In this document: positions 50,334 through 60,714 of the stretch, one piece after another
How positions within the stretch are numbered: the stretch's first letter is position 1
Layout of the letters: each line of letters starts with the position of its first letter
Origin: Sedimentisphaerales bacterium
GTDB lineage: Bacteria > Planctomycetota > Phycisphaerae > Sedimentisphaerales > SM23-30
NCBI GenBank assembly: GCA_963663805.2
Contig: CAXXMR010000012.1
Coordinates: 1 to 64,000 of the forward strand
Direction: 5' to 3'
Length of the DNA stretch: 64,000 bases
Notes under the pieces: model-generated
The model's input: only the letters and a program-made list of their open reading frames with translations
Database searches by the model: none
What the model was told of the DNA's origin: nothing
Translations under genes and position numbers: made by a program

Positions 50334-52982
50334 ATGGCCGAGTTGAAAATTTGTGAATTAGTTGATTGCGATTACCTTGGTCGCACCTTGCAGCTTCTGT
50401 ATCGCGGCAGCACTTTGCCCGCGACGATTTTCGATAGCCAAGGCAGGGTTTTGGCCAGTGTTCCTGAAGAGTTCGCCGGACAGGTGTTGCTGGACGAAAG
50501 GTATGTCTCGACATTTTATCAAATTGGTTCTCCGGACGCTCAGTGTGAAATCAAAGCGTCACCTTTGCATTGCTGCCTGGTGGAAATTCCGATAATTATT
50601 GAGCAAGAGTCCGTTGCCCTGTTGCGGGTAGGTCCGTTTTTCTATAGTGACGAGGTCCCCTCCGCCGAGCAATTTGTTGAGGAAGTTTCCCAGTTCCTGG
50701 ACAATGTATCAAATCCTCTGGCGTTATATGAACAGATTCCCCATTGTCCCCAGTCGCAGATTGAGCAGGCGATACCCTGGTATCTGGATTGCGCCGAACA
50801 TCTAACCCGTCAGACCGAGAAGTGTTTGGATATCTCCCGGCATTTTCGGGAGCAGCAGGTTCGCCAACGGCAAATAGAGCAGAACGAAAAGCACTATCAG
50901 GGAATAGTTCAGGCTCTTGATGAGGCTCGCTGGCGTGCCGAAACGGTGAATTCGGTTTTGGCCGAAATAAGTCAATATATCAGCGGTAGTGAAATTGCCG
51001 AAGCGGTTGTTCGTGAAATCAGCAAAGTACTCGATGCACCGCGTTGCAGCATGGTTTTATATCAGAATGGCAAGACTCATGCGGAGGTGGTCGCTTTTTA
51101 CCGGAATGGCAAACCGGCTCCCTTTGGCGAGCTGGGTTCCATGCCGATGAATCGTCATCCGGGCCTGGACCTGGTCCTCAAGAGTGGCAAATCAGTTCGT
51201 ACCAAAACCCAGGGGCATCCCCCGGAGCAGAAAAATTCGCGAGAAGTTCTTAATTATACCTGGAATTATCTTCTTGTGCCCATTGCCTTGCGAGGGGATG
51301 TAATTGGGACGCTTAATGTGGCACGCGAGATTGATAAGCCACCGTGTACCGAAGCTGACCGAATAATGATTGAGACGATTTGCAAGCATGTTGCTCAGGC
51401 GCTGAAAAATGTCCAGGCCCTGGAGGAGCAGGCCAGGGCTCGTCAGTCAGCGGAAAAAGCGAACAAAGACCTTGAGGTCGTTAATCTTAAATTGGAACAT
51501 TCCATCGCCCAGGCTGAGGCTTTGGCCTTGGAGGCGCGTCAGGCAAACATGGCCAAAGGTGACTTTCTGGCGAACATGAGCCACGAAATCCGTACTCCTA
51601 TGAACGCGATTGTCGGTTTCAGCGATTTGCTGGCCAAAGGTAATCTTTCGGAGGAAGACGTTGAATATGCCCAGATAATCAGCAATGCCGGCAGGGACCT
51701 GCTGCGAATCATCAACGACATTCTGGACTTTACGAAAATTGATTCGGGCAAACTGGAAGTTGACAGATATGAATGTACTTTTGACCAGATAACGACCGGC
51801 CTGGATGGGCTGCTTGGTGCGTCGGCAGCTGAAAAGAGGTTGGAATTTCAGATTAATCTGGATTCAGCTTTACCTGATTTTATCATTACCGACCCCGGTC
51901 GGGTGCGGCAGTGTTTGATAAACCTCATAAGTAATGCTGTTAAATTTACTGATAGTGGTTACGTTAAGTTGAATGTCAGGCCTCACACCGAAAAGGGTAA
52001 ACTTTACATACGTTTTGAGGTTGTTGACACCGGTGTGGGTATTCCCAAAAATAAAGTTGAGCATATTTTCGAGTCATTTTCTCAGGCCGACAGCTCAACT
52101 ACCCGAAAATACGATGGGACGGGACTGGGCCTGACCATTACACGAAAACTGGCCGAGATTCTGGGCGGCAGAATCGATGTTAAGTCTGCACCGGGTGAAG
52201 GCTCGACTTTCAGCATGTTGATTGACGCGGGTTTTGAAAGAAATATCGAGGGAAATATCAACAGTGTGGTTCGTCAGGAGGTCCAAACTGTCGCCAACAT
52301 CAGTTTGCCGGCAGAGAGGGTTTTGGTCGTCGAAGATGATGCCGCTTCCAGTCGGGCTCTGGTCAGACGGCTGGAGTATTTCGGTTTTCAATGTCAGGCG
52401 GTAAAGGATGGCGTTGAGGCGCTTGCGGCAGTTGAAAAAGAGTCATTCGCGATGATTTTTATGGATATGCAAATACCTAACATGAACGGCTATGAGGCTA
52501 CTCGGACACTGCGAGAAAAAAGGATTGAAACTCCTGTTGTCGCGGTAACTGCCTATGCCATGACTATTGACAGGGATAAATGTTTACAGGCCGGCTGCAA
52601 TGATTATATCGCCAAACCGGTCAGCCAGGATGAACTGCTCAAAGTCCTTGAGGAATACTTCTCTAAAGAACAGCTTACGCAGAGTAAAAAAGAAGCTTCT
52701 CAATTGGATTCAGATCGTGCCGCTAACGAGTTTATGAAAGAGCTTGAAGGCCAGGTTGTCAGAATTGTCGCCGCAGCTGCCCAGGAGGATTATCAGGGGC
52801 TTAATCGTATTTTGCGTCAATTGTCGCGCCACGGCAGTCAGGCTGGTTTTATTGAGTTAGTCGAAAAAGCCGGCGAGATACAGGAACAACTCCGCCAACA
52901 GCAGTTCCAGCTTCTGGAAGAACAGGTGTACGACCTGGGCATGATCTGCCGACAGTTACAGGAAAAGAACTCCGTTCAGTAA
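50334..52982 (+). CDS. Cytoplasmic hybrid histidine kinase (PocR-like-GAF-HisKA-HATPase-REC, degenerate Hpt-like tail)
   Basis: FLANMSHEIRTPMN, NLISNAVKFT, GTGLGL, IFMDMQIP. Confidence 0.92.
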   Translation: MAELKICELVDCDYLGRTLQLLYRGSTLPATIFDSQGRVLASVPEEFAGQVLLDERYVSTFYQIGSPDAQCEIKASPLHCCLVEIPIIIEQESVALLRVGPFFYSDEVPSAEQFVEEVSQFLDNVSNPLALYEQIPHCPQSQIEQAIPWYLDCAEHLTRQTEKCLDISRHFREQQVRQRQIEQNEKHYQGIVQALDEARWRAETVNSVLAEISQYISGSEIAEAVVREISKVLDAPRCSMVLYQNGKTHAEVVAFYRNGKPAPFGELGSMPMNRHPGLDLVLKSGKSVRTKTQGHPPEQKNSREVLNYTWNYLLVPIALRGDVIGTLNVAREIDKPPCTEADRIMIETICKHVAQALKNVQALEEQARARQSAEKANKDLEVVNLKLEHSIAQAEALALEARQANMAKGDFLANMSHEIRTPMNAIVGFSDLLAKGNLSEEDVEYAQIISNAGRDLLRIINDILDFTKIDSGKLEVDRYECTFDQITTGLDGLLGASAAEKRLEFQINLDSALPDFIITDPGRVRQCLINLISNAVKFTDSGYVKLNVRPHTEKGKLYIRFEVVDTGVGIPKNKVEHIFESFSQADSSTTRKYDGTGLGLTITRKLAEILGGRIDVKSAPGEGSTFSMLIDAGFERNIEGNINSVVRQEVQTVANISLPAERVLVVEDDAASSRALVRRLEYFGFQCQAVKDGVEALAAVEKESFAMIFMDMQIPNMNGYEATRTLREKRIETPVVAVTAYAMTIDRDKCLQAGCNDYIAKPVSQDELLKVLEEYFSKEQLTQSKKEASQLDSDRAANEFMKELEGQVVRIVAAAAQEDYQGLNRILRQLSRHGSQAGFIELVEKAGEIQEQLRQQQFQLLEEQVYDLGMICRQLQEKNSVQ

Positions 52983-53022
52983 AAAAAGGGCCTTCGTGCC
53001 TGTTCGCAGCGAAAGCCCTTTT
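52982..53022. terminator. Bidirectional terminator between convergent genes
   Basis: AAAAGGGC...GCCCTTTT stem flanked by A and T runs. Confidence 0.75.
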
Positions 53023-53044
53023 ATCTAATCTATGTTTCTCAGGA

Positions 53045-56000
53045 TTACAAACCTTTCTTAAACCTTACGATTACTAATTCGTCGCTGTCCATAGTAACAT
53101 AATTGACATTCGCGGTCGAAGTGTCGTCATCGGTACCAACCCAGTAATAAACTGAATAACCGGGGTCTGGTATCGCGATAAGTTCAACCGTCGAACCTTG
53201 CTGGAAATCATTGTCGCCCACAGGGTTCACCGTGCCGTGGCCGGTATAATAAACATGCACTGACAGCTCACGCATGATAGGCTCGAAGTTGACACTGACA
53301 TAGCGGTCACTGGACATTGTCACAGTGTTCTGTGTGCCGGTCAGTGAGTCGTCATCGGTGCCGGCCCAGCCGCCCATCTGCCAGTTCTCGGCAGGTATAG
53401 CTGTCAAGCTGACAATCCTGTCCATATCATACATGCCGCTTTCCGGCAGTATAGTGCCTTCACCGCCGTCGACTTCGGTAGTCAGCATATAACGCTGCAA
53501 TTCACGCAGCCACAACTCACCGAACATCATAAAGTCAGGCATCCCAACCTCACCGTCCCGGTCAAAGTCCGCACCGTAGCAGATATTTTCAGGAGTGTCC
53601 GAACAATCGGGAACCAGCCACTGATTGGCCAGTACCGCGAAATCAGGCAGAGTCATTGCACAGCTCTCGGCGGTCAGAGGGTTCGGGTCCGAGTCGTAAC
53701 CAATTTCTTCAAAGGTGTTGTTACGTATAATAAGCGGCAGATAATCACAGTAGCTTAATGCGTCAAGAGGATTTTCCTCAAGATGCATGTTGATAAGCGT
53801 TGTCATGAAAATCAGCGGCGAAAGATCACGTATCACATTGCCGTCGAGCCAGAGCGTCCCCAGATTCGGCAACGAACCAATCGGACTCAAATCCTCAATC
53901 TGATTGTCGCCCAGGTCCAGGAATGTCAAATTATGAAGCTGGCTGAGGGGGGTCAGGTTGCTTACGTTGTTGGCATAAAGATCAAGATGTCCCAGATTTT
54001 CGGCGTATTCCAAACCGGTCAAATCAGAAATACCAGCATCTGTCGCTTCCAGATAGGTTAAAGTCAGCATCTGGCACATGGTCGGGTTGGTAACACCCAG
54101 TTCATCTTCAACAGCTATCTGAAGTCCTTCGTCATTGAATACGACCGGCTCTGTCAGGCCGTTGGGGTCGTCATAGTCAACTCCGACGCCGTTGGCCTCC
54201 AGAGTCGGTATATCAGCCGATAGAGCGGTACAGCCCAGCGGATTCTCGGACAGATCGACCGATTGAAGCTGAGGCAGATTCACTAACGCGGCGATACCTG
54301 TTATGTTGTTATTTCTCAGGCAGGAATAATACAGATTCGTCAGCGATGCCATAGGACTGATGTCACTGAGATTGGTATTGCCGCACCCCAAAAATTCCAG
54401 ATTTGTAAGTGCTGACATGTCTGGCAGGAACGCAATTGGGTTATATCCAACAGTCAGTTCTTCGAGATTGCTCAAGCCTGAAACCGGGCTAAGATCGGTG
54501 ATCGCGTTATTGCCGGTCCTGAGATCTTCCAGGTAGGGCATATTGGCCACAACCGAAATATCACTGATGCTATTATTGTGAGCAAAGGTAAGCTCACGAA
54601 GGTTGACCAGATTCGCCAGTGGCGACAGATCGGAAACCAGATTGCCGCTGAATCGCAGGTATCTTAAATTAACCAGATTTGCCAGGGGCGATAAATCTGA
54701 TATGTTATTATAACCCGCGTAAAGCCCAGTCAAATTATTGGCATACTCCAGGCCGGTCAGGTCGGTTATAGTGCCGTACTCTCCTTCGCAAATCCACAAC
54801 TCATCAAGGCCCAGCATATCACAGCGGGTGGGATTGCTGATTTCCAGACGGTCCTCAACCGCCAATTGCAGATTCGGGTCACTAAATACAACCGGGGTGT
54901 CATCACAAGTAAGTACATTAATTGTGAAATTAGCTGTCAAGTAATTAGGCATTGCCACACTCATGTAATACGTCTGGCCGACAACCGCGTCGAACTCATA
55001 AATTTTACTGTTGCTTCCTATTTCCTTTGTCATGCGAGGGCCAAAATCTTCGTCATCATAGGGATGGAAATAATAAAGCTGGTTACCGCCACAGGAGTCG
55101 TAAATCCTTACTCCCGGACGCGGGCCATACCATTCATAAGGAGTACAGGGGTCACACGGATCGCATGGATCGCATGGGTCAAACATTACATCGTATTTAT
55201 AGTGATCTTCATACCAAGGCTCGTAAATAGCCATGATATTGCTTATGCTCAAAATATAGGTGCCGCTTTCCGGAGGAGTATAGCTGTACCAGACATCGCG
55301 AAGATCTTTCGCTGGCTCCATTTGTAAATCCTCAGTACAGCCGGAGGCAGCGTTGCCGGTGGCATTAGCGGAGGTTGTTGCTATGGGTGTAAAATCACCT
55401 AAAGCGACAGCACCCGGACATTCATCATTTACCGGCGGCTGGCCGAAATAATCAGCCTGAATAGAGAACAAGCCGAGGTCGTAGTTGTTGTTAGCGAATC
55501 GCACAGAATAACTTACTCCTGCCTGCAAACTCGCGTAAAGCACAGGAAATTGACAGCCGGTCATGAACAATTCATCGCCGCCGCAACTGTCAAATACACT
55601 CATAGTACCGTAATCATAATCTCTATTATAGCTAACGTTGGGGTCAGCGTATTCATAACTACTGAAAGCGTAAACCCCAGTTTGGCCGGGAGTGAAGTTG
55701 TACCATAGGTCGGCAGCGTCATTCCAGCCGCGTTTGGTTATATCTGTGCCCGTGGCTCCGTGAGTATTACCATAAAGCGTTTCGCCTTCGGTCATAAGTA
55801 AAGAATTAACACATTCATCATTGACCTGAGGTTCGCCGTAGTAACGAACTCTGAGGGCAAATGAGCCATAATCTGAATTGTTTTTCGCGTAACGAAGATA
55901 GTATGTCTGCCCCGACTGGAATATGACATATCTGGTAGCGCCTTCGATACTGTCAGGGTTAAGAATATTTCCGCCGCAGACACCGTAGACTGCTACCGTA

Positions 56001-57607
56001 GCTTCATCTTCATAATAATTGCAGGGGTCACAGGGGTCAAAGACCGCATCTTCATTGGTTATCTGATAAACGCCGCTCTGGTCAGCTGTGAAGGAATACC
56101 ACAGGTCATATTTATCATCCCAGCCACCCTCGGTAATATCCGTACCAGTAGCTCCCAGGGTGCTGCCGTAATAAATCTCATTCGGATTCAACGAGATAGC
56201 GCCGCTGCATTCGTCATTAGCAAGAGGATTACCGAAATAGTCCAACTGAACCTCGAATGCACCAGCATTACCGGATTTTTTGGCATAGCGAAGATAGTAT
56301 GTAGTGCCGCTTACCATCGGGGTATAGGCCTGACCTTCACCGCAGATTAATTCATTTCCTTCGCAGGCATCATATACCGTTAAAGCCGTATTAGAATAGC
56401 TGCTATAGTTTGGGTCGTTAACAAATTCGTCTGCGGCAAAACGGTAAATACCGTCTTGCTCAGGCGTGAAAACATACCAGGCGTCGTAATAGGCCACATA
56501 TCCGCACGACGAAAGGTCTATCGGAGCCCCCTCGGCAACAGTTGTTCCGGAAACCACATCATCAACATCGATGGGCGCGGCATCCGCACAACCACTCTCG
56601 AAATCAGAATAATCGTAAATGGTCATTGCGTAATAACCTGTGTAATTTCTGTGACCATCAACAGCTATATAATAGGTCACTCCTGCGGTTAATTTGTGTG
56701 TTAGCAGGGGCAAGTTATAATATTCCTCACTCTCGGCAATAATTGCTCCGCCGCAGGCATCGTAAAGATAGAGATAACTGTAGTATTCACAGTCGAGGAT
56801 TTGGATTGTGTGGTATCCGCTCGTCTCAGGCGTAAAGGTGTACCACACATTGGCATCGGTCGCGCCTTCTGTGCTGCCGGTGTATACAACACCTACGTAT
56901 GCCGGTTGTGCGTTGGCACATTCGTCAGCACCCTGCGTGGGTATGTATTCAACATTATCCACGGTGCCGTTGTATTCTCCAAAAATCCCTACACCCTCGA
57001 AGGTTACTTCTTCGATTTGGGTGGGTTCTTCAGGGGTCCAACGGAGTATTTCAGTGCTGTCCTGATAGACCACCACGTTCGGGCCTTCCTGTACCACGCT
57101 GAAGACGTAAGGCGTATCGTGGCTATAGGAGAAAGTTTCGCTGGGCAGACTGCTAGCGACAGATGGGCCGATAATGATTTCTTGCTCTTCGACCGACACA
57201 ACCCCACCCTCGCCGTCTATCATTTCAATTACAACTTCATAGTCATTGGAAAAAGTCACGGCCATTTCCATCTGAATGTAGGATGTTTCGCCAAGGCCGG
57301 TGTTGGCATTGCTGATTGCTTCGACAAAATTAACAGTAGCTCTAACGCCTGCGGCTTCCATCTCCGCCGACATGATGCTCTCTGCGTAGTCTGTGCCGGT
57401 GTTGTTGCCGTCGCTGTCAACACCGATAAAACGTACCAGACCGTTGTCCGCGAAAGGCAGGCTGCCTCCGTCCTGATTTTCCAGTTCCCATACGTTGGTA
57501 TCCAGACCGGCATCAAAATTGTCGAACACCTGCCAGCCGGCATCACCCAGTGAAACTGACGAAATAAACAACAATACAAACAGGGACAGAGCTATCTTGC
57601 GAAACAT
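53045..57607 (-). CDS. Large secreted LRR (internalin-like) protein with Cys-containing beta repeats, a dockerin-like motif and InlB B-type repeats
   Basis: Signal peptide; repeated NDEC..A...G.T.GATG...WY.FT units; N.ISDLSPLANL LRRs; DFDRDGEVGMPDF; two W.GTDDD repeats. Confidence 0.85.
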   Translation of the reverse strand: MFRKIALSLFVLLFISSVSLGDAGWQVFDNFDAGLDTNVWELENQDGGSLPFADNGLVRFIGVDSDGNNTGTDYAESIMSAEMEAAGVRATVNFVEAISNANTGLGETSYIQMEMAVTFSNDYEVVIEMIDGEGGVVSVEEQEIIIGPSVASSLPSETFSYSHDTPYVFSVVQEGPNVVVYQDSTEILRWTPEEPTQIEEVTFEGVGIFGEYNGTVDNVEYIPTQGADECANAQPAYVGVVYTGSTEGATDANVWYTFTPETSGYHTIQILDCEYYSYLYLYDACGGAIIAESEEYYNLPLLTHKLTAGVTYYIAVDGHRNYTGYYAMTIYDYSDFESGCADAAPIDVDDVVSGTTVAEGAPIDLSSCGYVAYYDAWYVFTPEQDGIYRFAADEFVNDPNYSSYSNTALTVYDACEGNELICGEGQAYTPMVSGTTYYLRYAKKSGNAGAFEVQLDYFGNPLANDECSGAISLNPNEIYYGSTLGATGTDITEGGWDDKYDLWYSFTADQSGVYQITNEDAVFDPCDPCNYYEDEATVAVYGVCGGNILNPDSIEGATRYVIFQSGQTYYLRYAKNNSDYGSFALRVRYYGEPQVNDECVNSLLMTEGETLYGNTHGATGTDITKRGWNDAADLWYNFTPGQTGVYAFSSYEYADPNVSYNRDYDYGTMSVFDSCGGDELFMTGCQFPVLYASLQAGVSYSVRFANNNYDLGLFSIQADYFGQPPVNDECPGAVALGDFTPIATTSANATGNAASGCTEDLQMEPAKDLRDVWYSYTPPESGTYILSISNIMAIYEPWYEDHYKYDVMFDPCDPCDPCDPCTPYEWYGPRPGVRIYDSCGGNQLYYFHPYDDEDFGPRMTKEIGSNSKIYEFDAVVGQTYYMSVAMPNYLTANFTINVLTCDDTPVVFSDPNLQLAVEDRLEISNPTRCDMLGLDELWICEGEYGTITDLTGLEYANNLTGLYAGYNNISDLSPLANLVNLRYLRFSGNLVSDLSPLANLVNLRELTFAHNNSISDISVVANMPYLEDLRTGNNAITDLSPVSGLSNLEELTVGYNPIAFLPDMSALTNLEFLGCGNTNLSDISPMASLTNLYYSCLRNNNITGIAALVNLPQLQSVDLSENPLGCTALSADIPTLEANGVGVDYDDPNGLTEPVVFNDEGLQIAVEDELGVTNPTMCQMLTLTYLEATDAGISDLTGLEYAENLGHLDLYANNVSNLTPLSQLHNLTFLDLGDNQIEDLSPIGSLPNLGTLWLDGNVIRDLSPLIFMTTLINMHLEENPLDALSYCDYLPLIIRNNTFEEIGYDSDPNPLTAESCAMTLPDFAVLANQWLVPDCSDTPENICYGADFDRDGEVGMPDFMMFGELWLRELQRYMLTTEVDGGEGTILPESGMYDMDRIVSLTAIPAENWQMGGWAGTDDDSLTGTQNTVTMSSDRYVSVNFEPIMRELSVHVYYTGHGTVNPVGDNDFQQGSTVELIAIPDPGYSVYYWVGTDDDTSTANVNYVTMDSDELVIVRFKKGL

Positions 57608-57877
57608 TTCATTTCTCCAAAATATAAATAAAATCGACTAACAATTGAACAGTAGGCCTGAAGGCTTCCTATATTAACACCAAGCAACCATCCTACCGTT
57701 AAAATAGGATAATTGTCAAGAAAAAATGGGCGTGCCAAGAGTGTGGCAAAGTACCCCCCCCCTGATAGACCGATTTTTGGCGATTTTTGAACGTTTTTTT
57801 TGAAAAAAAACGCTTTTAATCGCGAAATATTCGAAAAATGACAACTTATAATCGTTTTTTATAGTGCCAGCTAACTC

Positions 57878-58753
57878 TTAGCCCTTGCCGTGGGCGTACC
57901 AGTCGGAGTCTTGAGCGAGCTTGGCTTTGGCTTCCTCGGTCATCATCTCGAAGGCGGGGTGGTCGCTGGGCCAGGCGCGGGAGGCGAAGTTGCCGTCTTT
58001 CATTTTTTCGAGTTCGGGGGCGGCTTCCTTGAAATAGCTGCCGTAAATGTGCAGGGAGTCGGTGATGTCCACGTATCTGCCGACCTTTACGGGGCGATTG
58101 ATATTGGCGGCGATTTTTTCAGCGATTATCCGCTGCAAATCTGTCAGGGCATAGGCGTTCATGTACCAGGCCTTGTATAAATCGCGGCTGCGCCAATGGG
58201 AATTCATATTCAGCACAGCGGTGCCGCTCTGGTCCTCAAGGATACGGAACCACAACCGCTGTAAACACGGTGGGTCGTCGGTGTCGGGGTCGCAACTGGG
58301 CATCCAGGTAATGGCCTGGGCGCGGCGGGAATGAAAGGTTTCGGATAGTTTTTCGATAACGTAAGCAATTTGGTCAAAGGGTGTTAGTGGTCTTTTGAGG
58401 TTGGGATTGCGCAGGTCGTCGGTGGGTGCATAGGCGAAGATACGCTCGTGATAGGTATAGGTCCATTTGCCCGCGGCAGGGTCTATCCAATGGTCGTGGA
58501 TACCGTCGCAGACTTCCTGGCGATATGCTTCGAGCTCTTCGGGGCCGCCGGGGAAGTTTTTGTGGATACGCGGTTCAGCGAAGGGGTCTTCCACTGTGAT
58601 GATTACGGTGGCGTCTTTGCTGGCGGGGTCGGAGGGTTTGTCGTATTCGGTTTTGACATCCACACCGTCTCGCCAGACAGCCAGCACGGCTTTTTCCCAG
58701 GCTTCGGGGAGGCATTGAGCGTTCACTACGAGGACAGGGATATTACCGTTCAT
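57878..58753 (-). CDS. Thymidylate synthase (ThyA fold), archaeal-like divergent form
   Basis: YTYHER, SRRAQAITW, PPCLQ, WRSRD, MNAYAL, SLHIY. Confidence 0.85.
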   Translation of the reverse strand: MNGNIPVLVVNAQCLPEAWEKAVLAVWRDGVDVKTEYDKPSDPASKDATVIITVEDPFAEPRIHKNFPGGPEELEAYRQEVCDGIHDHWIDPAAGKWTYTYHERIFAYAPTDDLRNPNLKRPLTPFDQIAYVIEKLSETFHSRRAQAITWMPSCDPDTDDPPCLQRLWFRILEDQSGTAVLNMNSHWRSRDLYKAWYMNAYALTDLQRIIAEKIAANINRPVKVGRYVDITDSLHIYGSYFKEAAPELEKMKDGNFASRAWPSDHPAFEMMTEEAKAKLAQDSDWYAHGKG

Positions 58754-58957
58754 CGTAACTCCTTTCGCAAAAGTTCAGTTCTCAGATGGAAGGATATATT
58801 CTTTGGGTTGTTTTGGGAAGCTAAAATGCTTCAAAAGGCTTATAATTGGCGAAAAATCGGTGTTTGGGTCGATAGTGTTATGATAGACTGCGGTCTGTAA
58901 ATTATTGTGAAGAAGATTAGTTACTAAAATTTCGGCGTTGGGGCAGGGGAAGTTTTG

Positions 58958-60712
58958 ATGAAGGATTTCAGGTCATATTTACGAGAAAGTCAGGTTCTGG
59001 ACTCTGAGCAGTTTGAGCAGCTTTCCCCGGTGGACTCTCACAGCCCGGAGCCTGTGTATTATGAGGCATTGCGGAAATGGCCTGAGCGTGAAGGGGCGAT
59101 CTGGCAGGGTTTGGCGGATTTTCTTCAGGTTGAGCTGGTTCAGATTCACGAGGTTCGGCTGGACCGCCAGTTACGAAAGCTGGTGCCAGCCCGGATAGCC
59201 CATGATTATTCTCTGGTGCCGCTGCACTGGTGGGGCAATCGGCTGGAAATTGTGCTGGCAGACCCGGCCCAGTTTGATAAATGCGATGAATTTGCCATGC
59301 TGCTGACCCAGTCGGCTCGTCAGGCGGGTATGGAGGTGGATGACCTGACGGTTATTCCCTTATTGGCCCGGCCGAGCCAGGTGGCGGAAATGATAAAATG
59401 GCTCTACGGTATCGGGGCTGACACAGTTCAGGATGCCCTGGCAGAGCCTTCGGATGGTGAAATCGGGCTAATCACCGGTAGTGAGATAGTGGATTTAACC
59501 GGTATAGGGGCTGATTCCGAAGATGCCGCTATTGTGAAGTTTGTGAATCAGCTAATGTTGGAGGCGGTCAAGGCTGGCGCTTCAGATATTCATATCGAAC
59601 CGTTTGAAAACAACTTACGGGTGCGGTATCGGGTTGATGGTATGCTTCGGGAGGAATCAGTTCCGGAAAAAATAAAACATCTGGAACCGGCCATCATTTC
59701 GCGTGTCAAAATAATGGCCCGGCTGGATATAGCTGAAAAACGTCTGCCCCAGGACGGTCAAATCCGATTGCGGGTGATGGGTAGGCCTATAGATGTGCGG
59801 GTATCGGTACTGCCGACTCTTTTTGGTCAGGGTTTGGCTTTGCGTCTGCTGGACCAACAGGAGGCGATGCGTGAGCTGGACAATCTGGGGATGGAGCCGG
59901 CGCAGTTGAGTGAATATCGGCGGGTGCTGGAGCTTTCTCACGGGGTGGTGTTGGTGACCGGGCCTACGGGAAGCGGCAAAACGACCACGCTTTATGCCGC
60001 CATAAACGAAATAAACAGTGTTGAACGGAAAATTATCACGGTTGAAGACCCGATTGAGTATCAACTAGCGGGTATTGCCCAAATCCAGGTCAAGCCGACG
60101 ATTGATTTGACGTTTGCCAACGCTTTGCGGAGTATTCTGCGGCATGACCCGGATGTGATTATGGTAGGTGAGATTCGCGACCGCATTACAGCCCAGATCG
60201 CTATATCAGCGGCAATGACCGGTCATCTGGTGTTCTCGACATTGCACACCAATGATGCCCCGTCCGCGCCGGTTCGTCTTTTGGAGATGGGGGTTGAACC
60301 GTATCTGGTGTCATCGGCATTGGAGGCGGTGGCGGCTCAGCGGCTGGTGCGGGTATTATGTCGGAACTGTCGGCGGAAAGTAAAACCTGCCGAGGTGATG
60401 ACTAAATCTGACGCGTCGGCTTTTGCCGATACGGAAATTTATGCCGAGCAGGGCTGTCATTTGTGTCGGGACAGCGGTTTTGCGGGTCGCACCGGTATTT
60501 TTGAGATGTTCACCCTAAACGCGGAAGTCCGCCAGATGATATTGAATTTTGCTAATTCGGGCCAGATACGTGAGTCGCTTTGTCGTAAAGGCATGCAAAG
60601 TTTGCGTGACGCGGGCCTGTGCAGAGTTCGTCAGGGCCTGACATCGGTAAGCGAAGTATATCGTGTAGCCCGCGAGGGGATTAGTGCCGAGCAGGAAGGG
60701 GGGCAGGTCTGA
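58958..60712 (+). CDS. GspE/PilB secretion ATPase
   Basis: ASDIHIEP, EKRLPQDG, GPTGSGKTTT, LRHDPD, GEIRD, two CxxC motifs. Confidence 0.95.
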   Translation: MKDFRSYLRESQVLDSEQFEQLSPVDSHSPEPVYYEALRKWPEREGAIWQGLADFLQVELVQIHEVRLDRQLRKLVPARIAHDYSLVPLHWWGNRLEIVLADPAQFDKCDEFAMLLTQSARQAGMEVDDLTVIPLLARPSQVAEMIKWLYGIGADTVQDALAEPSDGEIGLITGSEIVDLTGIGADSEDAAIVKFVNQLMLEAVKAGASDIHIEPFENNLRVRYRVDGMLREESVPEKIKHLEPAIISRVKIMARLDIAEKRLPQDGQIRLRVMGRPIDVRVSVLPTLFGQGLALRLLDQQEAMRELDNLGMEPAQLSEYRRVLELSHGVVLVTGPTGSGKTTTLYAAINEINSVERKIITVEDPIEYQLAGIAQIQVKPTIDLTFANALRSILRHDPDVIMVGEIRDRITAQIAISAAMTGHLVFSTLHTNDAPSAPVRLLEMGVEPYLVSSALEAVAAQRLVRVLCRNCRRKVKPAEVMTKSDASAFADTEIYAEQGCHLCRDSGFAGRTGIFEMFTLNAEVRQMILNFANSGQIRESLCRKGMQSLRDAGLCRVRQGLTSVSEVYRVAREGISAEQEGGQV

Positions 60713-60714
60713 TT

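Noticed and set aside
57721..57740. Sigma54 promoter for the LRR gene
   Set aside because: TTGGCACG is present but the -12 TTGC element is missing
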